A stretch of DNA of 64,000 nucleotides, from contig OZ244175.1 in assembly GCA_965216535.1 (NCBI GenBank), positions 6,570,791-6,634,790 of the forward strand, in the 5' to 3' direction. The position numbers were made by a program, and so were the translations under genes. Positions within the stretch are counted from its first letter, which is position 1. Each line of letters starts with the position of its first letter. Below, one piece after another: positions 20,070-28,971 of the stretch. The stretch comes from Hoeflea sp. GTDB taxonomy: Bacteria; Pseudomonadota; Alphaproteobacteria; Rhizobiales; Rhizobiaceae. The notes below the pieces were generated by a model. That model saw nothing but the letters and a program-made list of their open reading frames with translations. It was not told the DNA's origin and searched no databases.

Positions 20070-20456
20070 ATGACCATAGACCGGGACATCAAGACCCGAC
20101 CGCAATTGAGCGAACATGAAGAAAAACAAGTCGTCAGGAACCTATCCCTGCTGAGATCGACCTTGGATATCTTTCCGGCGGACTCACTGTCCAGGCAGAC
20201 CAAGATAGACGACTGGGCAAAACTCGAAAAATGGGCCTTGCTGGCCATGCAATCCGTCTCCGAACTGATCAAATGGCTTGGTCCGATCCAGACGCGAACC
20301 CCTGAAACCGAACAGGCCTTTGACGAGACACTGTCGGCCTTCGACGCCATTTCGGAAGTCGTCGAACATCGATTTCGGGATGTCCAGCGGGAAGACTTCG
20401 TCACCGCAAGCGCAGCCCTGGAACGCTGTTTCACCAGTGTCCACCGATTGGTCTAG
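20070..20456 (+). CDS. Hypothetical helical protein inside the crt cluster
   Basis: 128-aa ORF with G/C-biased third positions. Weak RBS and no recognisable motif; an antisense ORF of equal length also exists. Confidence 0.5.
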   Translation: MTIDRDIKTRPQLSEHEEKQVVRNLSLLRSTLDIFPADSLSRQTKIDDWAKLEKWALLAMQSVSELIKWLGPIQTRTPETEQAFDETLSAFDAISEVVEHRFRDVQREDFVTASAALERCFTSVHRLV

Positions 20457-20488
20457 CGCACTATAGCGCCTGCGCCCTGGCGCCTGAA

Positions 20489-21004
20489 TCAGTCGGCTAT
20501 CAGATCCTGCTCGCCGTCATAGAGTTTGACATCCCCGCTTCGCCGATTGTGGCGAAGCTGGTCTTTCAGCTGGTCGAGCGGCGGCGACCACAGAAAGCCG
20601 AAAGAGACACAGCCGTCCTTGCCCTTGACGGCGTGGTGCAACCGATGTGCCTGATAGAGACGTTTCAGGTAACCTGACTTCGGCACATAGCGAAATGGCC
20701 AGCGATGATGCACCAGGCCGTCATGGGCTATGAAATAGAGCGCTCCATAGGCCGTGATCCCGACCGCAATCCACCAGACGACCCACACATCGGTTCCAAT
20801 CCAGAACAGCAGGATGGCCACGCTGGCAAAAACCACCGCATAAAGGTCATTCTTTTCCAGACTGTCGTCGTGCGGCTCGTGATGTGACCGATGCCACCCC
20901 CAGCCCCAGCCGTGCATGACATATTTGTGCGCCCACCAGGCAAAGAGCTCCATGAGGGCGACGGTGGCAACAACAATGACCGCGGCGAGCAGATACGAAA
21001 TCAT
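20489..21004 (-). CDS. crtZ: Beta-carotene 3-hydroxylase
   Basis: HKYVMHG, HRSHH, HDGLVHHRWP, HRLHH histidine boxes; CVSFGF. Confidence 0.96.
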   Translation of the reverse strand: MISYLLAAVIVVATVALMELFAWWAHKYVMHGWGWGWHRSHHEPHDDSLEKNDLYAVVFASVAILLFWIGTDVWVVWWIAVGITAYGALYFIAHDGLVHHRWPFRYVPKSGYLKRLYQAHRLHHAVKGKDGCVSFGFLWSPPLDQLKDQLRHNRRSGDVKLYDGEQDLIAD

Positions 21005-21121
21005 GTTTTCATGTCCGGGCGAGGTGAAGCGCCTTTCGGCTTAGTAACAACATAGGCCATTTCGTTGCGGCGCGGGAGTGCGTCAAATCGGAGCCGTGAC
21101 CGCGCTGCAAGCAATGATCCA

Positions 21122-22327
21122 TCACCCAAGTTTCAAGCGGTAGCGCGACAAAACGATGGCAGCGGTCAGTCCGGCGATCGCCACCATCGCCAAAAGGAAG
21201 AAGGATGGCAGCAGATCGGTCATGGTGTCTCCGCGCCAAAGGACGCCCTGATAGGCTTCGATGGCCCAGGCGTTGGGCGTAAACCAACCCAGATCCTGAA
21301 GCCAGGGCGGCATCATGAAGCGCGGCACCATCGATCCGCCGATAGCCGAGGCCAAAAGCACGAGGAAGCTGGAGACCGTACTCGCCTGCTGCCGCGTCGT
21401 ACAGGCCGAAGCCATCGTGACCGCCAGGCCCGCGGCGGCGGCGGCCGTCAAAGCGGTAACGATGAGCCAAGGTGCAATATGGCCAGGAAGATCAACACCG
21501 TAGGCCAGCCAGGCCACAACAAAAATCACGCCGACCTGCAACAGCCCCTGCCCGCTCAGAAAGAAGAATTTTGCCAGCACCATGACATCGGTACCTGCAC
21601 GCCCGACGGCCAGCCTGTCCACGATACCTGAGGTCCGGTCCTGGATCAGGGTCGTCGCGCCCTGCATGGCGGAAAAAAGAAGAAACATGACGGCAACGGC
21701 GCCGGCGTAATAGCTGACGGTTACGCGCTCACCATCGCCGCCGGCCATGGTTTCAATCGCAACCAGAGGCGCGTCGGTATCGCCACCGCTGGCACCAGCC
21801 AGTTCCTCAATGCCGGCATCCAGGCGGGCGCGCTGTTCCTGGTTCAGCCCGCCTGACAGTTCTTCGATGGCCGGAACCACCCGGCGCATGGTCACATCGG
21901 GAAGATCGCGCGCGATCAGCCGTTGCACATGTCCGGAGAGGATCGACCCGGTCATTGCACGCCCTCCATCGGCGATGACAAGCACCGGTGGCTCGCCACC
22001 TTCGCCGCGTAGCGCTCCACGGAATACAAGACCAACATCAACGGTTCCGGAAAGCACTAGATCGCGCAGGCTGTTTGCATCAACGGCTTTGGGCTCATGC
22101 AGCCGCAACGACGGATCTGCGTCGATCGCGGCCATAAGGGTCACCGTTTCGATGGATCCCACGTCATCAACGATTGCGACCTTCAATCGCATCTCGTCAC
22201 CACTCGTTCCCGAAAAAATGGCCGCGAAAATCGCGAAGATCAGCGGCGGAAGCAGAAACGCCATCGTGAATGCGCCGCGGTCGCGAACCAGACCGAGAAC
22301 CATGACCTTGAGAAGCGCTCCGATCAT
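21122..22327 (-). CDS. ABC-2 type exporter permease
   Basis: N-terminal TM, large periplasmic loop, five C-terminal TMs, PRFMMPPWLQ..TPNAW. Confidence 0.88.
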   Translation of the reverse strand: MIGALLKVMVLGLVRDRGAFTMAFLLPPLIFAIFAAIFSGTSGDEMRLKVAIVDDVGSIETVTLMAAIDADPSLRLHEPKAVDANSLRDLVLSGTVDVGLVFRGALRGEGGEPPVLVIADGGRAMTGSILSGHVQRLIARDLPDVTMRRVVPAIEELSGGLNQEQRARLDAGIEELAGASGGDTDAPLVAIETMAGGDGERVTVSYYAGAVAVMFLLFSAMQGATTLIQDRTSGIVDRLAVGRAGTDVMVLAKFFFLSGQGLLQVGVIFVVAWLAYGVDLPGHIAPWLIVTALTAAAAAGLAVTMASACTTRQQASTVSSFLVLLASAIGGSMVPRFMMPPWLQDLGWFTPNAWAIEAYQGVLWRGDTMTDLLPSFFLLAMVAIAGLTAAIVLSRYRLKLG

Positions 22328-23316
22328 GTGGCGGCGTCCGATCGGCCGAGATACAGAAACAGGCTATCGAGGCCCGGCACGCGAAACCGAACCTCCTTGA
22401 TGCGGAGATCGGTTTCATGCAGTGCATCGGTCAATTCAGCCTGATGGTGCACTGACGCACTTATCATCCGACTCCACTCCAGACCGGAAGGGTGCTGGGA
22501 AAAGCGCAGCCGATGCATCATCGCTCGCGTCTCTTCATTGGCCGGTTCGAACAGGTCGACGCACAGTTCTCGCTTGTCGCCAAAGGCCGACTGCAACAGG
22601 GCGGCAGGACTGCCGACCGGTGCAAGAGTGCCGTTTCTGAGAAAGCCGACACGGCTGCAAATGGTTTGCGCCTGGTCGAGATCATGGGTCGCCAGCAGAA
22701 CTGCCAGCCCGGAATGGCTCAAGTCGCGAATAACCGTGTGCAAGACGTTGCGTGCATCGATATCAACGCCGACGGTCGGCTCATCGAGGATCAATAGGGT
22801 CGGTCGATGCATCAGGGCTGCGGCGATGTTCACTCTCCGCTTCCAACCTCCGGACAGGCTGTGGACCGGATCATCGGCGCGCTCGGAGAGGCGCGTTGCC
22901 TGCATGGCCAAATCAATCGCCTCAACGGTGTCGCGCCGCGACAGGCCAGACAGGCGCCCGAACGCCATCAGGTTTTCCCGCGCGGTCAGATGCATATAGA
23001 GTGCGATTTCCTGGGGCACGAGGCCAATGCGGCGCAGCGCGCGCCGCTGTCGGTTGCTGCGACCCGATATGAATATGTCGCCTGAGCTCGACCGAATTCG
23101 TCCGCATATAGCGCGAATCAGGGTGGTCTTGCCTGCGCCGTTGGGGCCGAGCAGGCCAAACACCTCTCCGGGCTGGACCGTCAGCTGCAGGCCATTGAGT
23201 ACCGAACGATCGCCGTAGCCGACGGAAAGCGGTCCGACCTGAAGCGCCGGTGGCACGTCATTTGCGGCGGGGAGCGTGCGGCCGCCGTCTTTCGCTCGCA
23301 GCATGTCCAGCATCAT
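22324..23316 (-). CDS. ABC-2 type exporter ATPase
   Basis: GPNGAGKTT, LSGGWKRR, LDEPTVGVD; stop overlaps the permease start. Confidence 0.9.
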   Translation of the reverse strand: MMLDMLRAKDGGRTLPAANDVPPALQVGPLSVGYGDRSVLNGLQLTVQPGEVFGLLGPNGAGKTTLIRAICGRIRSSSGDIFISGRSNRQRRALRRIGLVPQEIALYMHLTARENLMAFGRLSGLSRRDTVEAIDLAMQATRLSERADDPVHSLSGGWKRRVNIAAALMHRPTLLILDEPTVGVDIDARNVLHTVIRDLSHSGLAVLLATHDLDQAQTICSRVGFLRNGTLAPVGSPAALLQSAFGDKRELCVDLFEPANEETRAMMHRLRFSQHPSGLEWSRMISASVHHQAELTDALHETDLRIKEVRFRVPGLDSLFLYLGRSDAAT

Positions 23317-23330
23317 CGATTCCGCAGAAA

Positions 23331-24254
23331 TTATGCCTTCGAACCGAAGATGTTGTCCACCAGAGACTGCAGGCCGCTCGCTTCCAGGCCACTGCGCTGC
23401 AGCGCCTGGCCTGCTCTTATCAGGTGTTCCTCACAGGAATTCTGCGCCGCCTGTTTGCCAGCCAGAGTAACGAAGGTCGGTACATCGCTGTCCTGCCCGA
23501 CATCCTTGCCGGCTATGTCGGCACTGACCGTCGAATCGATCAGGTCATCGGCAGCCTGAAACGCCAGGCCAACTTGTTTGGCAAATTCCCTAATCGCCTC
23601 AACGGAACCGGGGTCCAGCCGTGCACAAAGGGCGCCGATATGGGCCGAGGCAACGAACAGGACACCTGTCTTCATCCAGTTCATGCTCTCGATCGACGCA
23701 ACCCGGTCGAAGCCCACTCGCTCATGAAGATCAATCTCCTGGCCGGCAATCATGCCATCGGATCCGATGGCTCCGCTCAGCACCTCGAGCGCCTGCACCT
23801 TGAGATCCGCATCACCTCCGGGATGTTCGGCAATCACCCCATAGGCGCGATTAAGCAGCCCGATCGAAGCCAGAATGGCCGTTGCTTCACCATACTCGCA
23901 GTGCGTCGTCGGTCGCCCGCGCCGTATGCCGGCATTGTCCATACTGGGAAGATCGTCGAGGATCAGTGAGGCCGCGTGCACCATTTCAATGGCACAGCCG
24001 GCATCAGCGGCAAACGACCGATCCTCGCCTCCACCCGCCTCGTCGACGAGGATGCAAAGCAGCGGTCGCACCCGCTTCCCGGATCCGAGCAGGCTGTAAC
24101 GCATGGCTTGGTGAAGGCGGTCCGGCTGTCGTTCGGATGGCGGAAGCAATTGCTCCAATCGAGCATCAATCTCGCTTCGGAGGGAAGCGATACCGCCCAG
24201 CACCCGAGGACCGTCTCTTTTCAAACTCTGTGCAAAAGGATTTATCTGGTTCAT
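23331..24254 (-). CDS. crtE: Geranylgeranyl diphosphate synthase
   Basis: GKRVRPLL, HAASLILDDLPSMD (FARM), RRGRPTTH, FQAADD (SARM), GKDVGQD. Confidence 0.92.
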   Translation of the reverse strand: MNQINPFAQSLKRDGPRVLGGIASLRSEIDARLEQLLPPSERQPDRLHQAMRYSLLGSGKRVRPLLCILVDEAGGGEDRSFAADAGCAIEMVHAASLILDDLPSMDNAGIRRGRPTTHCEYGEATAILASIGLLNRAYGVIAEHPGGDADLKVQALEVLSGAIGSDGMIAGQEIDLHERVGFDRVASIESMNWMKTGVLFVASAHIGALCARLDPGSVEAIREFAKQVGLAFQAADDLIDSTVSADIAGKDVGQDSDVPTFVTLAGKQAAQNSCEEHLIRAGQALQRSGLEASGLQSLVDNIFGSKA

Positions 24255-24311
24255 CCCCCGTGATGTCCGCCGGTCTCGTTTCCATTCCCCAACTCCGACA
24301 CGGAGCAATTC

Positions 24312-24386
24312 AGAACGTTATCGCAATTGAACGTTCTTCGCACCCGGCGCAGCATTGGAAACCTTGATCGCCCTTGACCGATCAAG
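24312..24386. promoter_or_regulatory. Two inverted repeats in the divergent crtE-idi intergenic region
   Basis: AGAACGTT-N10-AACGTTCT (24312-24337) and CTTGATCG-N8-CGATCAAG (24363-24386). Confidence 0.4.
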
Positions 24387-24498
24387 CGATCATTCCACCT
24401 ACTATATGGCCAGATTAAGTTTATGTAGATAGGCGTCATTCAAACCAAGGGTACCAATCCAGCGTGACCGCATTCGTTTTCCGATCTCCGGTTGTCCG

Positions 24499-25521
24499 AT
24501 GCTGACAAACCGCAAAGATGAACATCTCTCCGTTGTCCTGGGAGAGCGGCATCGCAAATCAGCAAAATCGACGGGATTCGAGGCGATCGAATTCGTCCAT
24601 TGTGCCCTCCCCGAGATCGATCTTGATGATATCGACCTTACTACGTCGTTTCTGGGGAAACGGATCAGCGCGCCCCTGCTGGTCAGTTCGATGACCGGTG
24701 GCCCGGCTCGGGCGACGGCCATCAACGAGAATTTGGCGCGGGCTTGCGAAGCTCTGCGCCTCCCATTCGCAGTCGGATCGCAACGCGTCGCCATCGAAGA
24801 GGGCGGAACCGGTGGACTGGATAAATCCCTGAGGCGCCTGGCACCGTCAGTTCCCATCCTGGGCAATTTTGGTGCTGCGCAGCTCAATCACGGCTTTGGT
24901 CCGGATGAGGCGAAGCGGGCGGTCGACATGATAGCGGCCGACGCCTTGTACATTCACCTCAATCCGCTGCAGGAAGCGGTTCAGCCAGAGGGTGACCGGA
25001 ACTGGTCGGGGCTGTTTGACAAAATCGTTGCGGTCGCCGATGCGCTTCCGGTGCCCGTTGCGATCAAGGAGGTGGGATCGGGGATATCTGCGTCATTGGC
25101 TCGCCGCCTGGTCGATGCGGGAATAACAATTATCGATGTTGCCGGTGCCGGCGGAACGAATTGGGCCGCGGTCGAGGCGGCGCGCATGGAAAACGAGGAG
25201 CAGGCGCGAGTGGCCAATGCCTTCGCTGACTGGGGCATTCCAACCGCCGACGCAGTTTTTGGTGTCCGAAGCGAGTGTCCGGAAGCCACCGTGATTGCGT
25301 CTGGCGGCATTCGCTCTGGCATCGACATCGCCAAGGCGATCCGCACGGGAGCGGACCTCACAGGACAGGCGGCCGGTCTGTTGCAGGCAGCGAACGCTTC
25401 TCCAGAGGCGCTTGTCACACATTTCGAGACGACGATCGCCGAGCTGCGGATCGTCTGCTTCTGTACAGGCTCGGCGAACCTTGTTGAACTGAAGTCCGCC
25501 GAGTTGCAGCAAGCGTCCTAG
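24499..25521 (+). CDS. idi: Type 2 isopentenyl-diphosphate delta-isomerase
   Basis: RKDEHL, SSMTGG, GSQR, HLNPLQE, KEVGSG, DVAGAGGTNW. Confidence 0.95.
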   Translation: MLTNRKDEHLSVVLGERHRKSAKSTGFEAIEFVHCALPEIDLDDIDLTTSFLGKRISAPLLVSSMTGGPARATAINENLARACEALRLPFAVGSQRVAIEEGGTGGLDKSLRRLAPSVPILGNFGAAQLNHGFGPDEAKRAVDMIAADALYIHLNPLQEAVQPEGDRNWSGLFDKIVAVADALPVPVAIKEVGSGISASLARRLVDAGITIIDVAGAGGTNWAAVEAARMENEEQARVANAFADWGIPTADAVFGVRSECPEATVIASGGIRSGIDIAKAIRTGADLTGQAAGLLQAANASPEALVTHFETTIAELRIVCFCTGSANLVELKSAELQQAS

Positions 25522-26051
25522 GAAAACCACATGCGCCTGAGCGCGCCGTCGCGAAGCACGAATTGATGATAGAGCGCGGCACCACCATGTGCCACGAGCA
25601 GCGCGATCATCAGCCGGGCACCGAATCCATGCGGAAGCCGTGGAGGATAGGTCTGGAAGTCGGGCAGGACCAAAGGACTGCCCCCAAAGATTGTCGAACC
25701 GGCTCCCGATAGTACCAGCATGCCTATCCCGCTGGCGGCCATGCCTAGAAGAACGACGTAGAACGCCAGATGGACCCAGCGGGCGATTCTGTCTTGCCAG
25801 GCTGGGGTGCCCGACGCCGCATCCGGCTTTTTGTCGGCAAAGAGCCACCAGGCGATTCGAGCCAAGGTCAGCACCAAAACGCTGATACCGGCGGGTACAT
25901 GCACGCGCAGGGCCATGATCTTGCCGGCGTCATCGGGCGCTGCATCGGCGCGAAATCCCGACGCCAGCAGCACAAGGATCAAAATCGCGCTGAGCCAGTG
26001 GATGGCCACTGCCACCGATCCGTATGAATTGGATGTGCTTCGCAGAGTCAT
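25518..26051 (-). CDS. Cytochrome b561 / YceJ-like di-heme membrane protein
   Basis: AIHW, RVHVPAG, WVH, HG..HGGAALYHQF heme-ligand His pattern; GAGG RBS. Confidence 0.88.
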   Translation of the reverse strand: MTLRSTSNSYGSVAVAIHWLSAILILVLLASGFRADAAPDDAGKIMALRVHVPAGISVLVLTLARIAWWLFADKKPDAASGTPAWQDRIARWVHLAFYVVLLGMAASGIGMLVLSGAGSTIFGGSPLVLPDFQTYPPRLPHGFGARLMIALLVAHGGAALYHQFVLRDGALRRMWFS

Positions 26052-26058
26052 GGCAGCC

Positions 26059-26829
26059 TCAATCCGTTCTGACGACGCGGTAAAGCGCGGCATTGAAATC
26101 GAGGCCTTCGACTTGTTCCAGGCCGGCTTCGCGTTGCATCGCTGCCGTGGCGGCGGCGTAAGATTCCGGATCGCGCCACTCAGCAACGTTTATCAGTCGA
26201 AAGCGAGCATCGGGCAGTATCGATTGGTGCAATGCCGTCGAAAGATATCCAGGCTGCCGCTGCAGAAAGTCGCGGGCCGCCTCCCACATGGCAATTGATT
26301 CTTCGAGTTTTTCCTGTGGCACTTCGAACACATTGATGAGCGTCACCGGCTCAGGACCGGTCAATGCCGCATTCATCTCGGCGATTATGCGCAGGCGACG
26401 GGCAAAGCTGTCGAAGTCCAAAGGCCGGTTGGTGTTCCCGGTGGCGGTATAGAAATCGGTTGTCTGGGACATCATCTGCTCTGCGGGAGATAACTGGCCG
26501 TTGCCATCCTTGTCCCAGAACGCAAATACGGCTGTTCGGGCATCACGGAGCGCAGAGGCGCTGCCGCGCGCCTCGGCGATGGCGCGCCACCCCATATCCC
26601 AGGCCATGTACTCATCGAAACTGACAATGCCGTCGTCATCGGCATCCTGCGACAGCATCACCAGCCCACGGTACTGATCGATCTCACGATGCGAAAGTTG
26701 TCCATCGCCGTTGACATCGATGGTGTCGAATGCAGTCCGGTTGACATCTGTCAGTTCCGGATCGAGCGCCAGGGCTGGGGAGCCGGCCAGGGCAAATGCC
26801 AGGGGCACGGTGAACAGCAAGTGTTTCAT
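26059..26829 (-). CDS. Secreted EF-hand protein fused to an ABM (antibiotic biosynthesis monooxygenase)-family domain
   Basis: Signal peptide (ALA-LD); loops DVNGDGQLSHRE, DADDDGIVSFDE, DKDGNGQLSPAE; C-terminal VTLINVFEV..QPGYLSTALH..INVAEW. Confidence 0.8.
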   Translation of the reverse strand: MKHLLFTVPLAFALAGSPALALDPELTDVNRTAFDTIDVNGDGQLSHREIDQYRGLVMLSQDADDDGIVSFDEYMAWDMGWRAIAEARGSASALRDARTAVFAFWDKDGNGQLSPAEQMMSQTTDFYTATGNTNRPLDFDSFARRLRIIAEMNAALTGPEPVTLINVFEVPQEKLEESIAMWEAARDFLQRQPGYLSTALHQSILPDARFRLINVAEWRDPESYAAATAAMQREAGLEQVEGLDFNAALYRVVRTD

Positions 26830-26855
26830 GGTATCGGCCTTCCATGTCAATTTAC

Positions 26856-26893
26856 ATAGCTTGCTATATATAATTGAATAGCTAGCTATTCAA
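26856..26893. promoter_or_regulatory. Tandem MarR-type operators
   Basis: ATAGC-TT-GCTAT (26856-26867) and a perfect 20-bp palindrome TTGAATAGCTAGCTATTCAA (26874-26893), with cores 22 bp apart. Confidence 0.75.
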
Positions 26894-26908
26894 GTGCACA
26901 ATCGAGCC

Positions 26909-27370
26909 ATGCAGTTCGAAAAGGACAAATCGGCGGGTTATCTCGCCAACCACATGGCAAGGCTGTTCGCCCAAGCACTACAGCAACGTATCAAGCCGCT
27001 TGGCATCGTAACCGGGCAATTTCCGGCTCTTTTGGCGCTGTGGGAGCGTGATGGCCTCACGCAAAAGGAAATGGTCGCCCGATTGGGCATCGAACAGGCC
27101 ACGATGGCCAATACACTGTCGCGCATGGAGCGCGACGGTTTAATCCGCCGCACGCCTCATCCAACAGACGCGCGCGCCCAGCAGGTTTGGCTGACCCCGC
27201 AGGCGAAGTCCATTCGCGATTCGGCCTACGCAGCCGCGAACACGACGAACGGCATTGCCCTCGATGGGCTGTCGGACCAGGAGCGGGAATTGCTGATCGA
27301 GTTTATGGGGCGGGTTATCGGGGCGTTGGAGGGGGACCGCGACGAAGGCTCTGCCCCACCCAAGGGGTAA
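26909..27370 (+). CDS. MarR-family regulator
   Basis: LTQKEM..IEQATMANTLSRMERDGLIRR..DAR wHTH; divergent from the EF-hand-ABM gene. Confidence 0.92.
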   Translation: MQFEKDKSAGYLANHMARLFAQALQQRIKPLGIVTGQFPALLALWERDGLTQKEMVARLGIEQATMANTLSRMERDGLIRRTPHPTDARAQQVWLTPQAKSIRDSAYAAANTTNGIALDGLSDQERELLIEFMGRVIGALEGDRDEGSAPPKG

Positions 27371-27371
27371 G

Positions 27372-27393
27372 GGGGCCGAAACGATCCGGCCCC
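27372..27393. terminator. Stem-loop between convergent marR and fasciclin genes
   Basis: GGGGCCG-N8-CGGCCCC. Confidence 0.55.
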
Positions 27394-27413
27394 GATTTGC
27401 CTGAATGCGGCCC

Positions 27414-27899
27414 TTAGTTCGGCAGCACAACGGCGTCGATGATGTGAATGACGCCGTTGCTCGTTTCCACATCGGCGGACACAACATTTGCGCCGTCCAC
27501 TTTGACGCCATCGGTCGCGTCAACCGACAGCTTGCTGCCCTGCACGGTGGCGACATCCATCGCCTTGCCGGCGATGTCACCCGACATCACTTTTCCGGGC
27601 ACGACATGATAGGTCAGTACGGCAACGAGCTGGTCCTTGTTCTCCGGCTTCAGCAAATCCTCGACCGTACCCGCCGGCAGTTTGGCAAAAGCCTCATCGG
27701 TCGGAGCAAATACGGTTAATGGCCCCTCGCCCTTGAGGGTATCGACCAGACCTGCGGCCTTGACGGCGGCGACCAGCGTCTCGAACTGTCCCGCAGACAT
27801 TGCGGTGTCGACGATATCAGCCGCCTTGGCGGCAACGGCGCCGAACATCAGCGGAACGGCCAGAGCGACAGCGGTTGCGGTACGACGAATTCCAAGCAT
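27414..27899 (-). CDS. Secreted single-domain fasciclin (FAS1) protein
   Basis: [27 protein letters not shown]; signal peptide; GGAG RBS. Confidence 0.95.
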   Translation of the reverse strand: MLGIRRTATAVALAVPLMFGAVAAKAADIVDTAMSAGQFETLVAAVKAAGLVDTLKGEGPLTVFAPTDEAFAKLPAGTVEDLLKPENKDQLVAVLTYHVVPGKVMSGDIAGKAMDVATVQGSKLSVDATDGVKVDGANVVSADVETSNGVIHIIDAVVLPN

Positions 27900-27936
27900 G
27901 ACTTTCTCCAATCAGGTGTTGTGGGACTATGGCCAG

Positions 27937-27965
27937 CTTTACGTCGCCACCCGGATTGGAGATCA
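27937..27965 (-). promoter_or_regulatory. ECF11 (RpoE/ChrR)-like promoter
   Basis: Minus strand TGATCT-N16-CG-TAAAG compared with the RpoE consensus TGATCC-N18-TAAGA, about 40 nt before the fasciclin start. Confidence 0.55.
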
Positions 27966-28055
27966 CGAGATGAGAGCGATCTGTCGATCACAAAAAATTT
28001 GCTGCGTTTAAACGGCGCGTCTGTCTTGAAGTGGCGACCGGCCGCGCTATAGCGC

Positions 28056-28871
28056 TCAGTCTCTCTCGCCAACGAGCCCCTTGACCAGCCACTTCTGAAG
28101 CAGCACCACGATGACGACCGGGGGCAGCATGGCGAGGATCGCCAGTGCCATACCGTAATTGGTCGACGACCCGAATCGCTCGATGCCGCGAACCAGGGTG
28201 AAATACCCCTCACCCGTAGTCGTGATCATCAGAGGCCACAGATACTGATTCCATCCCTGTACGAAAGTGACGACAAACAACGCAAGAATCATCGGTCGCG
28301 ACACCGGCAGGAGGATGTCGACAAGAAACCGCAACGGGCCCGCGCCGTCCATTCGTGCGGCTTCCTGCAACGAATTGGGTACCGATTTGAAGAATTGACG
28401 GAAGAAAAAAGTGCCGATGGCTGCTGCCAGCAACGGCAGAATCAGCCCGCTGTAGCTGTTGAGCATGCCGAGGGTCTGAACAACCGTAAAACTGGGCAGA
28501 ATACGGGTCTCGATGGGCAGTAACAGGGTAGCGAATATGAGCCAGAAAAGAAAAGAAGCGAAACGCAAACGAAAATAGACAAGAGCGTAGGCCGACAGAA
28601 TTGAAAGAATGCATTTGCCAATGGCAAAGCCTAAGGCGAGCACCGCGGAATTGATCGTCATGCCACCGGCGGTTATTGTCTGACTGAATCCGGCCTTGGT
28701 GGTCAACAGGGTTCCGTAGACCTGAGTGAAGTGCCCGCCCCAGCCCAGTTGCAGCCCTTCCCTGGAAATGGTTGCGTTGTCATAGGTCGAGGTCAGAAAG
28801 ACGGCAAGCACCGGCAGAAGCATGAAGAGCGATCCGGCGATCAAGATCAAATGGTCGATTATTTTTCTCAC
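28056..28871 (-). CDS. Second UgpE-like carbohydrate ABC permease
   Basis: EAARMDGAGP loop; clear paralog of 31394-32311 (shared DH..LIAGSLFMLLPVLA.FLTS). Confidence 0.85.
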   Translation of the reverse strand: MRKIIDHLILIAGSLFMLLPVLAVFLTSTYDNATISREGLQLGWGGHFTQVYGTLLTTKAGFSQTITAGGMTINSAVLALGFAIGKCILSILSAYALVYFRLRFASFLFWLIFATLLLPIETRILPSFTVVQTLGMLNSYSGLILPLLAAAIGTFFFRQFFKSVPNSLQEAARMDGAGPLRFLVDILLPVSRPMILALFVVTFVQGWNQYLWPLMITTTGEGYFTLVRGIERFGSSTNYGMALAILAMLPPVVIVVLLQKWLVKGLVGERD

Positions 28872-28949
28872 CCTGCCTCCATCGGTTCAGGCGCTGGCCT
28901 TACACACCTATCGGCCGCATCGCAATGGAATTGCAAAGAGTTCCCACCC

Positions 28950-28963
28950 GCGAAATATTTCGC
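28950..28963. promoter_or_regulatory. Perfect 14-bp palindrome, candidate operator
   Basis: GCGAAATATTTCGC in the divergent ugp promoter region. Confidence 0.4.
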
Positions 28964-28971
28964 ATTTTTTC

